Shown: positions 41,923 to 53,726 of the stretch, in pieces
How the letters are laid out: each line of letters starts with the position of its first letter
Position numbering within the stretch: the stretch's first letter is position 1
DNA from: the human T2T-CHM13v2.0 reference genome, Homo sapiens
NCBI RefSeq assembly: GCF_009914755.1
Contig: NC_060928.1
DNA length: 64,000 nucleotides
Strand: one strand, 5' to 3'
Translations under genes and position numbers: made by a program
The notes under the pieces: model-generated
What the model saw: only the letters and a program-made list of their open reading frames with translations
What the model was told of the DNA's origin: nothing
Databases searched by the model: none

Positions 41923-42276
41923 ACAACCATCCTGTGAGAAGAGGGTCATTATTATTTCCATGGTCAGAGAGAAGGTGGATTCACATCCAGGACCTCCTAA
42001 ACCCAATCCCAAACTCAGTGGTGCAGTGAAAGGGTGAGGTTGGGTTGGAGATGAAATGGATTTGCACTGATTTCAATGCATCGTCTTATTACGATCAGTG
42101 TTTGTCTCATAATCTCCATGCCCCTCTGCTTGAGGACAGAGGCGACAAAACTTGTGTATGACTGGCATTTTGCAAGCTGGTTACACATTAATAAAAGGCC
42201 CAGTGGAAGTTCCAAAACAAATGAGATCTAAGCTATCTTGTTCTCACGGTTTCCCAAGCCCAAGTAGAGCCTGGCA
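41923..42276 (-). repeat. Right arm of the ~350-bp inverted duplication (partner 37373-37723)
   Basis: The reverse complement matches the left arm; see findings. Confidence 0.92.
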
Positions 42277-42814
42277 TACTATAGGCACACCATGGGTGCT
42301 CCCTGAGTACATGAACATAAAGATGATCCACAGGTGGGTGAACAATACTGGGGGCAGGTGAAAGGGAGGACCTCGAGGCAATACTGCCAGAGCCCCTCCT
42401 GCTTAGAGTGTCCAGGCTTCTACATGGGGAGACAGCGCACCCCCCAGACACTCCCGCCCACTCCTTTCTGGCTCGCTGAGTGACGCCAGTTTCAAGCCTC
42501 AGCCCACGCCAGGCTCCAGGACCAGCAGAGCGGGTCTGCGCGGACAGAGGCACTGGGCTGCGCCCGTAGCGCACCCCACCAAGAGGAAGGCGTGCCTAGT
42601 GGGGAGGCGGGGCTCCAGGGGCCGGGCACACGCAGACACACTCCTGCTCTCTCTACGCACGTTCTCACACTCTCATTCACACCGCACTCACCCTGTGCAC
42701 ATCCCCAGTTTCTCGTATTCCTCACATTCACACATTCATACACTCATATATTCACACACACCCATGCTCCCAAACACGCTTCACTCACACAGCTCCGCGC
42801 ACAGGGATCAAAGA

Positions 42815-42955
42815 CCACATTGGGTACAGTGTACACTGCTTGGGTGATGGGTGCACCAAAATCTCAGAAATCACCACTAAAGAACCTATCCATGTAACCT
42901 AACACCACCTGTTCCTCAAAAAACTATTGAAATAATTTAAAAATAAAAAAGGAAA
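42815..42955 (+). mobile_element. L1PB-like 3' terminal fragment inside CA-rich low-complexity DNA
   Basis: ATTGGGTACAGTGTACACTGCTTGGGTGATGGGTGCACCAAAATCTCAGAAATCACCACTAAAGAAC followed by an A-tail. Confidence 0.85.
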
Positions 42956-43049
42956 AGCAATCTCATTCCCTACCCTCATTCTAATTCACTTTTCACCTCT
43001 TCACACACCATCACGCCCACGTACCTTAATCTCACTGTTGACAGTACAC

Positions 43050-43650
43050 TTATGCTCGCGCTCATGCACACTCGCCCCCACCTCGCCTTCGCTCTTTACA
43101 CGAGCTTGCGCGCAGACACACTCAAGGACTCCCTACCCACTTACACTCACGCATGCGCACAGGCGCACACGCTAACTCTGCCTCCTCACTCGCGCTCGTG
43201 CATGCGCATCCGTCGCGGAGAGGACTTTGTGCCTGGTGTGGGAGCGGGTGTTTGGTGGCCTTTGCGGATGGGCTTGTTTTGAGGCTGTGGGGTCAGTGCG
43301 ATCGTTTAGATTTCCTTGGTTTCCCAGTGAGAAATAAGTTAGCCAGGAAGAGAGAGAGGCGGAGACCCAGGGAGACCGAGACTGGAGGAAGGGAGTAGGT
43401 TGAGGTTTTAGAGCCGTGGGAGCAAGAGCGCCGGGTAGGAGCTGTCGCGCAGAGAGCACCTCGCGCAGCCCCAGAGCCTGTTTGTTTACCCTGTTCCTCG
43501 GAGCGGCTTCTCCAGCGTCTCATTTCTTCTGCCTCCCTTGCCCTCGCCCAGGTGTGGGACGCGGGCGAGTGAGGACAGACTTACAACCGTCCTCGGCCGC
43601 GCAGCACAGGGTTCCCGCGCCCTGTCCCTATGCCCCGGGGACACAGGGCA
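43050..43650. promoter_or_regulatory. Orphan CpG-rich island ~8 kb upstream of GSX2
   Basis: Elevated CpG; two GCATGCGCA (NRF1-like) motifs near 43150 and 43200. Confidence 0.55.
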
Positions 43651-45465
43651 GGAGGCTGAAAAAGGGACTCAGCGTTAGAAACTATGGTTGGAATTCTCCC
43701 TCTGCCACTTGCTATGTGGCCTGGGCCAGTTTACCGTTGTCTCGGAGCCTCCGTTTCCTATCTGAAATAAGGAATCATTCATTCAACAAATATTAATTGC
43801 CATCCTAATATATGTCACCTCTGGTCTGGACATTTGGCATACACTGGTGAATACATAAAACAGACCCAGTTTCTGCCCAGGAGCAGTTTGCAGTCAACAA
43901 GCATACGGATTGATTATGAAGAGGGCTTTTGAATTAAATAATAAAATATTGCTTTCATCCACTCCAAATGTTTTTCAGCGCTTACTGTGTTCTGGGCACA
44001 GGTGAATAAAAACAATCATGTTCCCTGTCCTCATTCTAATTTCAGTCCGTACATTGGACTGGCCCTCAGAACCTTTAATATGTAGGAAAACCAACCACAC
44101 TAACCAACAAATGGACAGCCAACAAATAAGGAAGTAATAAAAGCACCTACCTCACAGGGTTGCTGTGAGAAATAAAGGAGGCATTAAAGTCTTCAGCCAC
44201 TGCCAGGCATATAGTAGGTGTTCAATAAATGCTAGGTGTTATCAGGTGGTTAGTATTGCTTAGTGCCTAAAAGGCTCTGCCATCACTAGCTGTGTGACCT
44301 TGGTTCAGTCTTTGAACTTCAGTAGTTCAAATAGGGTTCTCCGCAAACATAATGCGGAGAAAATAATGGCATTTTATCTGGGAGGGCTGTTGTGCGGATT
44401 AATGAGGTCATGCAGGCAAGGCTCTTGGTTCAAGAACTGCCACACAGTGAGAGCTCAGAAAATGTACCTACGAGTATTGTCATATACTCGAAAGGCGACT
44501 GTTTTCCTCCTATGCAAAGCAGGTGGGTGTGCAGCAAAGCTGGGAGGTTTCTAATATCATAGGAACGTTTTGAAATTTAGGGCGCAGTCCCAAGTAGGGA
44601 CGGCCAGGACGCCAGAGCCTTTGACGGGGGTGGGGAGTGGCGAGGTTAATGTAACTGCTGAACAAACATATGCCCAGAAACCGAGGGATAGAAAGGCCCC
44701 ACACTGGGCGCCTTCAGGGTGCGAGCGCCAGGCTGTGGAGGAGCCTTAGAGGGCAACACTCGGCCGGGAAAAGGCGCGGGGGGACGGAGAGATGATTGTG
44801 CAGCGGCTTCCTGGCTCCTAGTTGCCAAGCCCAGGGACTCTGATACCTAATTTACAAGCTTCAAGAGCCTATGGAGCTGCAGGTCTCAGATAATAATAAA
44901 ACCAACAAGAGAAGCCACGAGCCTTACCAGGCACCAGGCCCGGTGTTAGGCAGTCCTGAATTCCTCACAAAAACTCGAAGACGATGGCATTTTCTCTATT
45001 TTACAGATGCAGAAACTGAAATTCTTTCTCCACTTTCCTAGGCCTCCTTTCAGTTTTTGCAATTAACCAAGAGAAACTCTCGGAGGCTCCCGTGAGCACC
45101 CTTAGGTGGCCGGGAACGCATTCCCCATCCCTCTTTCCCAGGCCAACACCCGCACATCTTGCAGGTCTCCGTTTAAATGTCACTTCAAGCTTCGGTTTTA
45201 TCATCACCCAGAGCCCCTTGAGCTTTTCTTTCATATTCACACGACCTTTTTAACTCACCAGCTCCGAGTTAATTTGTTGATTCGCTTAACCTGGAAACTC
45301 CCCGGGGGCGGGTCTTGTGCTACTGAATTCCCTTGCGCGCAGCCTGGGGTATAATAGGCGCTCAATACACACTTTCCAACTATCAAATGACCAGATAAGG
45401 CTCAAAAAAGTTACGTTGCTCTCTTCAGATTCCATGGTAGGAGGGCGTAGGGGGCAGGATTTATC

Positions 45466-45645
45466 AGTTATTTCTCAACTACATCAGAACCGCATGCAGA
45501 ATTCTGGTTGACTTCTGTCTCCCCCTCCATCTACACCCCGCCGTGTTCCAGCCTCACATCATTAAATCGAAATCCCTTAGGTAATCAGTATTTTTATAAA
45601 GCTCTCCAGGTGATTTTTGTAGATGACCAAGATCAAAAACCAGAA
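45466..45645. mobile_element. MER5-like hAT fragment
   Basis: CAGTTATTTCTCAACT...AAGCTCTCCAGGTGATTTTTGTAG. Confidence 0.5.
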
Positions 45646-48600
45646 GGGCTGGGCTGCTAAAAATTATAAAGAATTGCTCTTATTTTAGTGACTTTTTTTT
45701 TTTTTAAGTCTTTGCTCCCATAACTAAGCAGCTATTTTGGCTCCAAGCTTTCAGAAAATTTAGGCCAAGGGAAGTGGGGAATTGGTATGCATGTGAATAA
45801 TTCAACCCTCCTCTTACACACTCCTGCCTCCCCCGCCCGCCCTCCAATACAAAAACCACATCTCTGAATAGGGTAGTAAAAAATAGTAAGTGCCAGGAGA
45901 ACTGGAGAGGGAGGGAGGGAGGTGAAGCATTTGCTTCAATTATCCGGATAATTGTTCCCCACCTCAGGCCATTGTTACTGAAATGAAACAATATTCTATT
46001 GGATACTGTCTTGGCCTTTTCAGGCCTGCTCCCTGCAGTGCCTAGCACACGCTGGGCACAGAGTAGGCGCTCGATAAATTTTATTCTGATGACAGAGGAG
46101 AGCTCTGAGGGTGGGAGAGGGATGCCTTGTTCGGCTTGAGGATTTGGGGGTGGGCGAATATTAATTAAAGTGAAGTGGGGAGCAGAGGGGCTGTGTGGCA
46201 GGCATTCAGTGCCATCACAACTTTTTTCCAACTGGGCCGTTCCTGAAATTCTAAGCCAAACCCCTCACTTATTTCTCAGAAGACCTCCACTACCACCCCC
46301 CACCCCCCTCTCCCCGCTGCTTCTTCTCAGAGGGCCGAATTGAACTCTTGCAACTGTGGTGAGCACAAAGGCGAATTCAGGTTTCTCAAAAGCCCATCCG
46401 TTCTGAATAAACACCAGGGAGAAGCAAGATTATTTTTGGTGGTGCATGAACACAGGGCCCACAGCCTGCCCTCCCTCTAGAAAGGCCTTCCCTGGCCTTG
46501 CATTAAAACTAACAATATTGGGGCAGCTGAAGGAATAGCCTGGCTCCTGAGCCCCCCATCACTCAAGCAGTACAAGAATGTGGGGACTAGCTCCCAACTG
46601 CCCTCTTTCATCTTGACCCACAGCTTTTCAAGAGGAGCTTGAGTTCTCTATGAGTGTGTATTTGCTAATTGCAGCCGGGGCTTTAATGAGATTCTTTTAA
46701 CTCCCCCAAGCTCGTTTGCAGGTTATAGCCTTATCTGGGGACCCACGTTTTCCACCCTGGCTACACATCCTGTGAACAATTGCCTCTCCAGAGCCTGAAA
46801 GGAGAGCGAGCGCCCCATTTCTGCTGAATACACTTCTCAGTTCATCCAAGGCTGGCGGGCTTTTGATGGCCACAATGCAAGTTACGCCCAAAGAGTGTCT
46901 CTTTGGTCAGATCGACAACGCTTGGCTTCACGTTTGCAAGTTAAACGGGCAGAAACCCGGCTGAAACTCCCACGCCAGACGCCAGGGACGTTTCCCTCCG
47001 CCCTGCTCAGAGCAAAACTGGGGAATGGGTCTGGGCGGGGGGAGGAAAGAAAGGAGGGGTAGTTGTGAGCAGAGGGTGGGGGAGAAGAGAGTCCTTATTC
47101 TCAACAGCCATCTAGAAGAAGAAAGGGGGGGGGCATTTTCTCTGGCATTTCTTATTTTTATTTTTTCCATTTTGCTTTGTTGGCAGCTTTACCCAAACAA
47201 AAAATAAAATAAAATGAGAGCATTTTCTTCTTGTCTTCACCTAGGTAGCTGCTTTCCTCCAGCCCCTGAAAATGTGACTCCTTCATAAAATCAAAATTTA
47301 TGATTATTCAAATGTTGGGGACTGTGAAAAGAGAGGAAGAAAGAGAGAAAATTAATATTGCAGCTGTTCTTCTGATTAATGAGAGATAATTGCTCATGAA
47401 AAGTCACCCCTGTGGCATTTTGTTGTCTCCTGGATCTTTGTTCTTTTCCACTATTATTGAGGACTTTCTTGAAGACTAAGCGGTTCTTTTCAATTTTTGG
47501 GTATTCAGAAAGGGTTGCCTGGTTACAGAGAATGGGGAAATCTCGGGCTATATCGGGTAAGATGTGCCACAGACAGCAATATCACAATGCCACTCGGAGA
47601 AAAGGATGGATACAAGTTAACGATGCACTTTCAATAAAACATTCATAGACTTGTTCACGCTTTGATAATGACCTCATTAAAGGGAGCTGGGGGCAAGTAA
47701 GTCCTGTCTCCTGTTTGTGTTCGGCTAACAAAACCCAGCTTTGAGATCATTCATCGCTTTGGAAACTAATATGAAATCAATGTAAGAGGAGCAAATAAAT
47801 CCGAGGCGGCCCCGCCAACTCCCCGGCTGTCCCGCCCTGCCTGCAGCCTCCATTTGGAGCTGGAGAACCATGTGGGCAAATGCTGAAACTAAGAGAAAAA
47901 AGGACTGGGGATGAAAGTGGTGGTGGGGGAGGTGGGGAGGTTTGGAGGACACAGAGGGAGGGGCAAAGTGGGAGTTACAGCCTGAAAAAAACAGCTAAGC
48001 ACAGGAACGGGTCAGAACTCTGGGGCCTGTTGAATAAGCAATGCTAAGTCCCTGCCCTTTACTTGTCCTGACTTTGCCCATGAAAGCAAACAGGAAGAAA
48101 GAGAAGTGAGACAGGAATGTGGGGTTCAGGTCAGGTGCCATTCCAGAGCTGGGAAGAAGTACTGGAGACCTTTTGGAAGCTAGAACTGAGAATCCAAATC
48201 TCAGGGTTGGGCTGAAAGGAAACTGCTCACCCAGGCTCAACTTGGAGAATCGAGAGACAAGAAGGCCATGCCTCTGCTGTTCTTTCTAGAATAGCTTTGA
48301 TTTTTTTTTTGTAAGTTGAGGGTAAGGGTGGAGTGCCTTGGCCAGGAGGAGGTACAAAGAACAATTTTGTTACCATCACATATGTGACACTGTCTTGCAC
48401 TCAAGGAAGACAAAACCATACTCTATTGTCCCAAGCAAGAGGGAGATAATAAAAAGATTTCCCCTTTCCTTTAAAAGAACTAATTTTCTCCTTGAATTAT
48501 GAAAGTAATGGCTTAGGTAACAGCCTGTACTCTGTACCCGACTGCTTAATACAGAATAAATCCTTCCACGTGGCTCCTGGAGTTGTGGCAATTAGAGCTC

Positions 48601-51364
48601 ATTATAGGCTCATAAGAGCTCTCATTTTGGGGATTACTTAATGGACGATGAAATTTTATCGGACAGAATCACTGAGAAATAAAATTGTGTGGCGGCTCAG
48701 ACACCATGGGCACACGCCAATGGTCTGTCTGTTCCCTCTCAGGAAAAGAAAGCTGAACTTGGGGTCTCCTGCTGGTTCAGGGCACTGCACTCTGGGGAAC
48801 AGTAGGGCTGGGCAGGGCTGGGGTGGGGGGTGGGGGGTGTGCAGTGCTGCCCCGGGGGCATGGAGGGTAGGCTTCCTTTGAGGAGGGGATAGGCAGGTAG
48901 GGCCAGATAGGGGCTGGACTCAGAAGAGAAGGAGGGAGAGAGACTGGCAGACACTGAGAGATCCAAAGAGAACTAGAGAAGTGAGTCAGAGTGGACAGAA
49001 ACTGTGCAAGAAATGGGATTCCAGTATACTTGCTCTTGGTGGGCTGAAGGAATTAACCAAGTACCCTAAGGGTCAAGTTTTTCAGACATGGTCTTGCTTT
49101 CAGCCTCAGCCTGGTCTGAAACCACTGCTCCCCTTGAAGTCTTTAGGAAACCCCATGAGCCCCTCACATTTCTCAAAACTCCTTGGCACTGAAAAATGAA
49201 AGTTTCCACAGTCAGACACAAATTGAATAAGATGCACAAGCCTCTTGCATAGTTAAGATTCTCTAAGGTAAAATGGTCTGCACATGGGTGCGATTTCTAG
49301 GACTTTAGCATAGGAGCTCTTCCTCTGAACACATCCCAAACTGCTGGGAACATTGTGACTCAAACCATCAGCCCAAAACAGACTGTGGATAACCTGGGAC
49401 CTAACCCAGAGTAGGAAAAGAGAGAAAGCTATTATTCTTAAAGAGTATCTGTATCTATATCTATATATGCTTGTATAGTTGCATAGTGAATGGGGGGAAT
49501 CGAGTCATCTATTTGGACAGTTTAGGACTGTAAAAAATATCCTGCCATTCAGCAGGGTATGTTTTTTATTGCCATTCTCCATCAGTGGCTCCAAGCCTTC
49601 TTCTTGGGGCTGAAATGATTTCGGGGATTGCCTAGATCCTCCAGTCATGAACAAGGGCGGGCTGGGGTGAGCCTGAGTGTCTGCAGACCTTGTGGTACAA
49701 AAGTAGTTACAGCTGAGCTGCCCCATGTTAAGCCCTGAGACTCCTTAATTGTTGTCACAAGATGTTGGATTAGCACATTTCTGGAATAGCTGTCTGTTTA
49801 CACTCCAGAGACCCACCGTCCACTAACCGCTTTCTAATTGAATTCTAATCACATTCAAATAGCTCAATAACCAGCCTCAGCTGCAATTCATAAAACTTTA
49901 ATTGCCATCCATAAATCCTGGGCTCCCCAGAGCCGGGCATCCCTACAACCCAATTACACTTCTCTAGCAGGCAAGAGAGACTGTCACAGAGATGGAGAGG
50001 GGAAGACAGAGGATGGAAAGATAGAGCCGTGCCTCTAGCTAGTGCTCTCCTGGATTTGGGCACCTTGTTCTCTCAGGTGGAGGGAGTCCTGTCTCTAAGT
50101 TTCTTAGCACCATCATGAACTCAGGATTGAAGTTAGCTGCTCTGGAAAAAGGATCAGACTTCTAACTATTGCCCAACCACATGGCCCCAGCCCGCTTTTC
50201 TGCAGGGGGAAATGAAGAGAGAAAATGGCCACCTCTGCTGCCTTGCCTTCTCCGAAGATAAATAGTCCCAATAGTTTGGCAGCCACCCTCTCTCGGGCAG
50301 TAAGGGGTGTGCAAGACTTCCATGGACCAGAGAGAGTTCCCTTACAAAGCCACTTCTGCCAATCAGAGGCAAGATTCCCTGGATGGCTGAATCCTCTTCA
50401 TCCTTTTTAGGTTCTTAAGATGCAGAGGAAAGAGTGCTTCCTGGTTAGCCTTGCTAAGCTGCCCATGATTGGTAAAAATGAGGGACAGGAAATCCTCAGA
50501 CCCAGAGCGAAGGTCTATCTAATCCCTGCTGCGTCTTTAGGAGGGCTTGGTGTTTGAGGTCCTCCCTCCAAAATCTTCAGGATGGAGTTTGTAGGATTGC
50601 CCTGGAATGCCATGGTGTTACTACTTGGAGAAAGAAAAGGGTGACTCTTCAACATCTCTCTCTCTCTGCGGAAGTGGGAGGTGCCGATCAGAAAGGGAAA
50701 CAAGGAAGGGTCGTTGGTCTGAGTGGCCCCAGGAGGGCCCCAAGTACAAAGACACTTCAGACCTTGTCGAACATCAGCATGAAAAGCTTGACGGTTTCTT
50801 AGCTGGGAGGCCTCACAGTTCTGCGCCGGACAGTCCTGAACTAACCACCTGAATGACCTCTGCCAAGTCCAAAAGCTGTGGACAGGGGTAGGTGTAACCG
50901 TGGCCAGAGCTGCGCTCAGGGACTGGACGACTGCCAGTCCGTCGCCCGCACAATCCTGCTCCAAACCGCAGGCCTCACACTTCACCGCGCCGCAGCCACC
51001 CCTACCACAGAGGAGCTGGAAACACTGAGCATTCCTATTAAATAAGCCTCCAAGTCCCCACCTGGTACGCTTTGCGGTGGGGCGTGGGGAAGAGTTGGGC
51101 TGCGGCCAGGGTAGCGAGAGGGGGTGGGATGGAGGATGCAGCGCTGTGATTTCTCAGTAAAGCGTGGAGAAAGAGGGGGAGGAGGCCGGCCTCCCCGGGA
51201 AATTAACAAAACCTACACTTTGCAAAGTCTCCCCCATCCCCCTCCCCCGAGTTCTTCCCCGCCGCGCGCCCGCCCCTCCTCGCGGCTTCTGTTGTGACTC
51301 GGGCAGCCTATCCCGAGGGTGCGGAGCTGCCGAGGAGCCTGAGCCGAGCGGTACTCCGCAGCAT

Positions 51365-51391
51365 CACGTGCCAGGGTGGGGGGCTATAAAA
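51365..51391 (+). promoter_or_regulatory. GSX2 core promoter: E-box CACGTG (51365-51370) and TATA box TATAAAA (51385-51391)
   Basis: Canonical GGCTATAAAA in a GC-rich context ~205 nt upstream of the ATG, with no intervening ATG. Confidence 0.75.
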
Positions 51392-51595
51392 TACCCGAGC
51401 CGGGGCGCCGGGCGGGGGACGTGAGGACCAGCCCTCTCCGGGGACCCCTTTGTTCCCAGCCCAGACGCCAACACCTCTGCGTCCCCAAGGGCTTGACTGC
51501 CCGTGTCTGCGCGGCTCCCAGGGCAGAGCTTAGAACACTAGAGGAGAGGGGTCGCCGCGAACTGCCGGGGCTTCCAGCCACCCACCCCTCTCGAC

Positions 51596-52169
51596 ATGTC
51601 GCGCTCCTTCTATGTCGACTCGCTCATCATCAAGGACACCTCACGGCCTGCGCCCTCGCTGCCTGAACCGCACCCCGGGCCGGATTTCTTCATCCCGCTT
51701 GGCATGCCGCCCCCATTGGTGATGTCCGTGTCCGGCCCCGGCTGCCCGTCTCGCAAGAGCGGCGCGTTCTGCGTGTGCCCTCTCTGCGTCACTTCGCACC
51801 TGCACTCCTCTCGGGGGTCTGTGGGCGCCGGCAGCGGGGGCGCAGGGGCCGGGGTTACCGGGGCCGGAGGCAGTGGGGTGGCAGGGGCCGCAGGGGCACT
51901 GCCTCTGCTTAAGAGCCAGTTCTCTTCGGCTCCTGGGGACGCGCAGTTTTGCCCGCGGGTGAACCATGCGCATCATCACCACCACCCGCCGCAGCACCAC
52001 CACCACCATCATCAGCCCCAGCAGCCTGGCTCGGCCGCGGCGGCGGCAGCAGCAGCAGCGGCGGCGGCGGCCGCGGCGGCCTTGGGGCACCCGCAGCACC
52101 ACGCACCTGTCTGCACCGCCACCACCTACAACGTGGCGGACCCGCGGAGATTCCACTGCCTCACCATGG
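51596..52169 (+). CDS. GSX2: GSX2 coding exon 1 (SNAG/eh1-like N-terminus, poly-His, poly-Ala16)
   Basis: MSRSFYVDSLIIKD...RRFHCLTM; GT donor at 52170; 574 nt (phase 1). Confidence 0.97.
52034..52081 (+). repeat. Coding (GCN)16 polyalanine tract
   Basis: GCC(GCG)3(GCA)4(GCG)4GCC(GCG)2GCC. Confidence 0.97.
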
Positions 52170-52832
52170 GTAGGGCGGGGTCTTGGGGCACCTGCGCTCC
52201 GCGCCTTTCGCGCTCCTGGAGCAAACTTTCCACCTCCAGTGGAGGAAGTGGGAGCCCGGGGACAGGGTGAAGAGAGAGGACGGGCTTTTAGTGTAACTGT
52301 AGAGTCAGCCACAGAAGTTCCACGAAAGTGGAAGTTAGTTTGCCAGCTTCTCCACTCAGCCTGGTGCGTTTTACTCCTAGTAGTAGGTGCTCGAGTATTG
52401 CCTTATTAATACTGGGGCCTTAGGGACCTCGAACGTCACGGAGGAGAAACCAGAGGTTAACTGCTTGGGATTTGGGGTGGGTGTGTTTGAACCTGTGTGG
52501 CATCCCCGCGTCGGGGCGGCTAAAGCGTCTTGACGTTTTTGGCTAAGCCTGCGCGCTTCTCCGCTTGGCTCAAAGGGAGGCGATCAGATAGTGCAAGCCC
52601 CCATCCCTCTTTAATCCTGTGACTTCGCATCCTGCGCATCGAAGACCTTTATTTGCTTTGCACGTCTCTTTTCTTCCCCGCTAAGCAACCACGTGCCTTG
52701 AAATGGGAAAGGGATACAGATGTTCGGCTGGGCTTCCCCGGGTGGGTCCCTGAAATGCGTCCTGGTTAGCACATGGGGTGGGAGCACCTTGCACGAGCCT
52801 TACCTCTCTACCCTCTCTTCGCCGGTCCGCAG

Positions 52833-53173
52833 GAGGCTCTGACGCCAGCCAGGTACCCAATGGCAAGAGGATGAGGACGGCGTTCACTAGCACGCAACTC
52901 CTGGAGCTGGAGAGAGAATTCTCTTCCAACATGTACCTGTCTCGACTCCGGAGGATTGAAATCGCCACTTACCTGAACCTGTCGGAGAAGCAGGTGAAAA
53001 TCTGGTTTCAGAACCGCCGAGTGAAGCACAAGAAGGAGGGGAAGGGCACGCAGAGGAACAGTCACGCGGGCTGCAAGTGCGTCGGGAGCCAGGTGCACTA
53101 CGCGCGCTCCGAGGATGAGGACTCCCTGTCGCCGGCCTCAGCCAACGATGACAAGGAGATTTCCCCCTTATGA
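52833..53173 (+). CDS. GSX2: GSX2 coding exon 2 (homeodomain at ~52862-53041)
   Basis: Pyrimidine tract plus CAG acceptor ending at 52832; reads [30 protein letters not shown]...[14 protein letters not shown]...EISPL*. Spliced CDS is 915 nt = 304 aa plus stop. Confidence 0.98.
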
Positions 53174-53726
53174 GGGAGGGCCTCCTCCCTCACATCCCCC
53201 GCTCCTGGCAGACCAGGCAACGCCAAGGCGTGGGGCACCCAGGGGCCAGAATCCTTGCTCATTGCAGTGGTCCCATCTGGAGAAGAAACGAACCTGGAAG
53301 TTCTGGAATGGACAAGCCGGGACCTGACCCTTCGCGTCTCCTTCTTGACCTGTTTATCTAGGACTCCAACTTGAAGTTACAGATTTTTTTAAAAAATGTA
53401 AATAACCTATAATTCAACTCATTCTTGTCGTATAACAGAGGAAAAACAGGGTTGGTTTAAGTTTAACACTGTATGGGGTTTTTGAAAGCACATGTCAGTT
53501 CCCCATCCCTACTCTCTTTCAGAACTCGATAAGAACACAGGATTTATTGATTATTTTCTGTTGTCGTTTTCAAACAAAAACACCCAAGTTGAAAATAATT
53601 TAGAAAATTAGACCTTGTAGGTCTTGCTTTCTGAAATTTCGCCTGGGGAGAATTTAAAATCTAAGTCGCTGGAAGTCCCTTTGTATGTGAATAGGTTTAT
53701 ATAAAATTTATATTTATATTTATTTA

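Larger units (their letters stand above)
50900..53250. promoter_or_regulatory. GSX2 CpG island spanning the promoter and gene body
   Basis: High GC and CpG density. Confidence 0.88.

Noticed and set aside
47377-47390. TAAT-N6-TAAT considered as a Gsx dimer site
   Set aside because: The spacer is 6 nt, not the 7 nt associated with cooperative binding
50376-50392. ATTCCCTGGATG reading IPWM, resembling a Pdx/Hox hexapeptide
   Set aside because: Isolated short match with no supporting ORF or linked homeobox; expected by chance
51641-52312. 223-aa minus-strand ORF
   Set aside because: Antisense shadow of GC-rich GSX2 exon 1
52778-52832. ATG-initiated N-terminal part of the 131-aa homeodomain ORF
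   Set aside because: It is the intronic polypyrimidine tract ahead of the exon 2 acceptor; no evidence for an internal promoter
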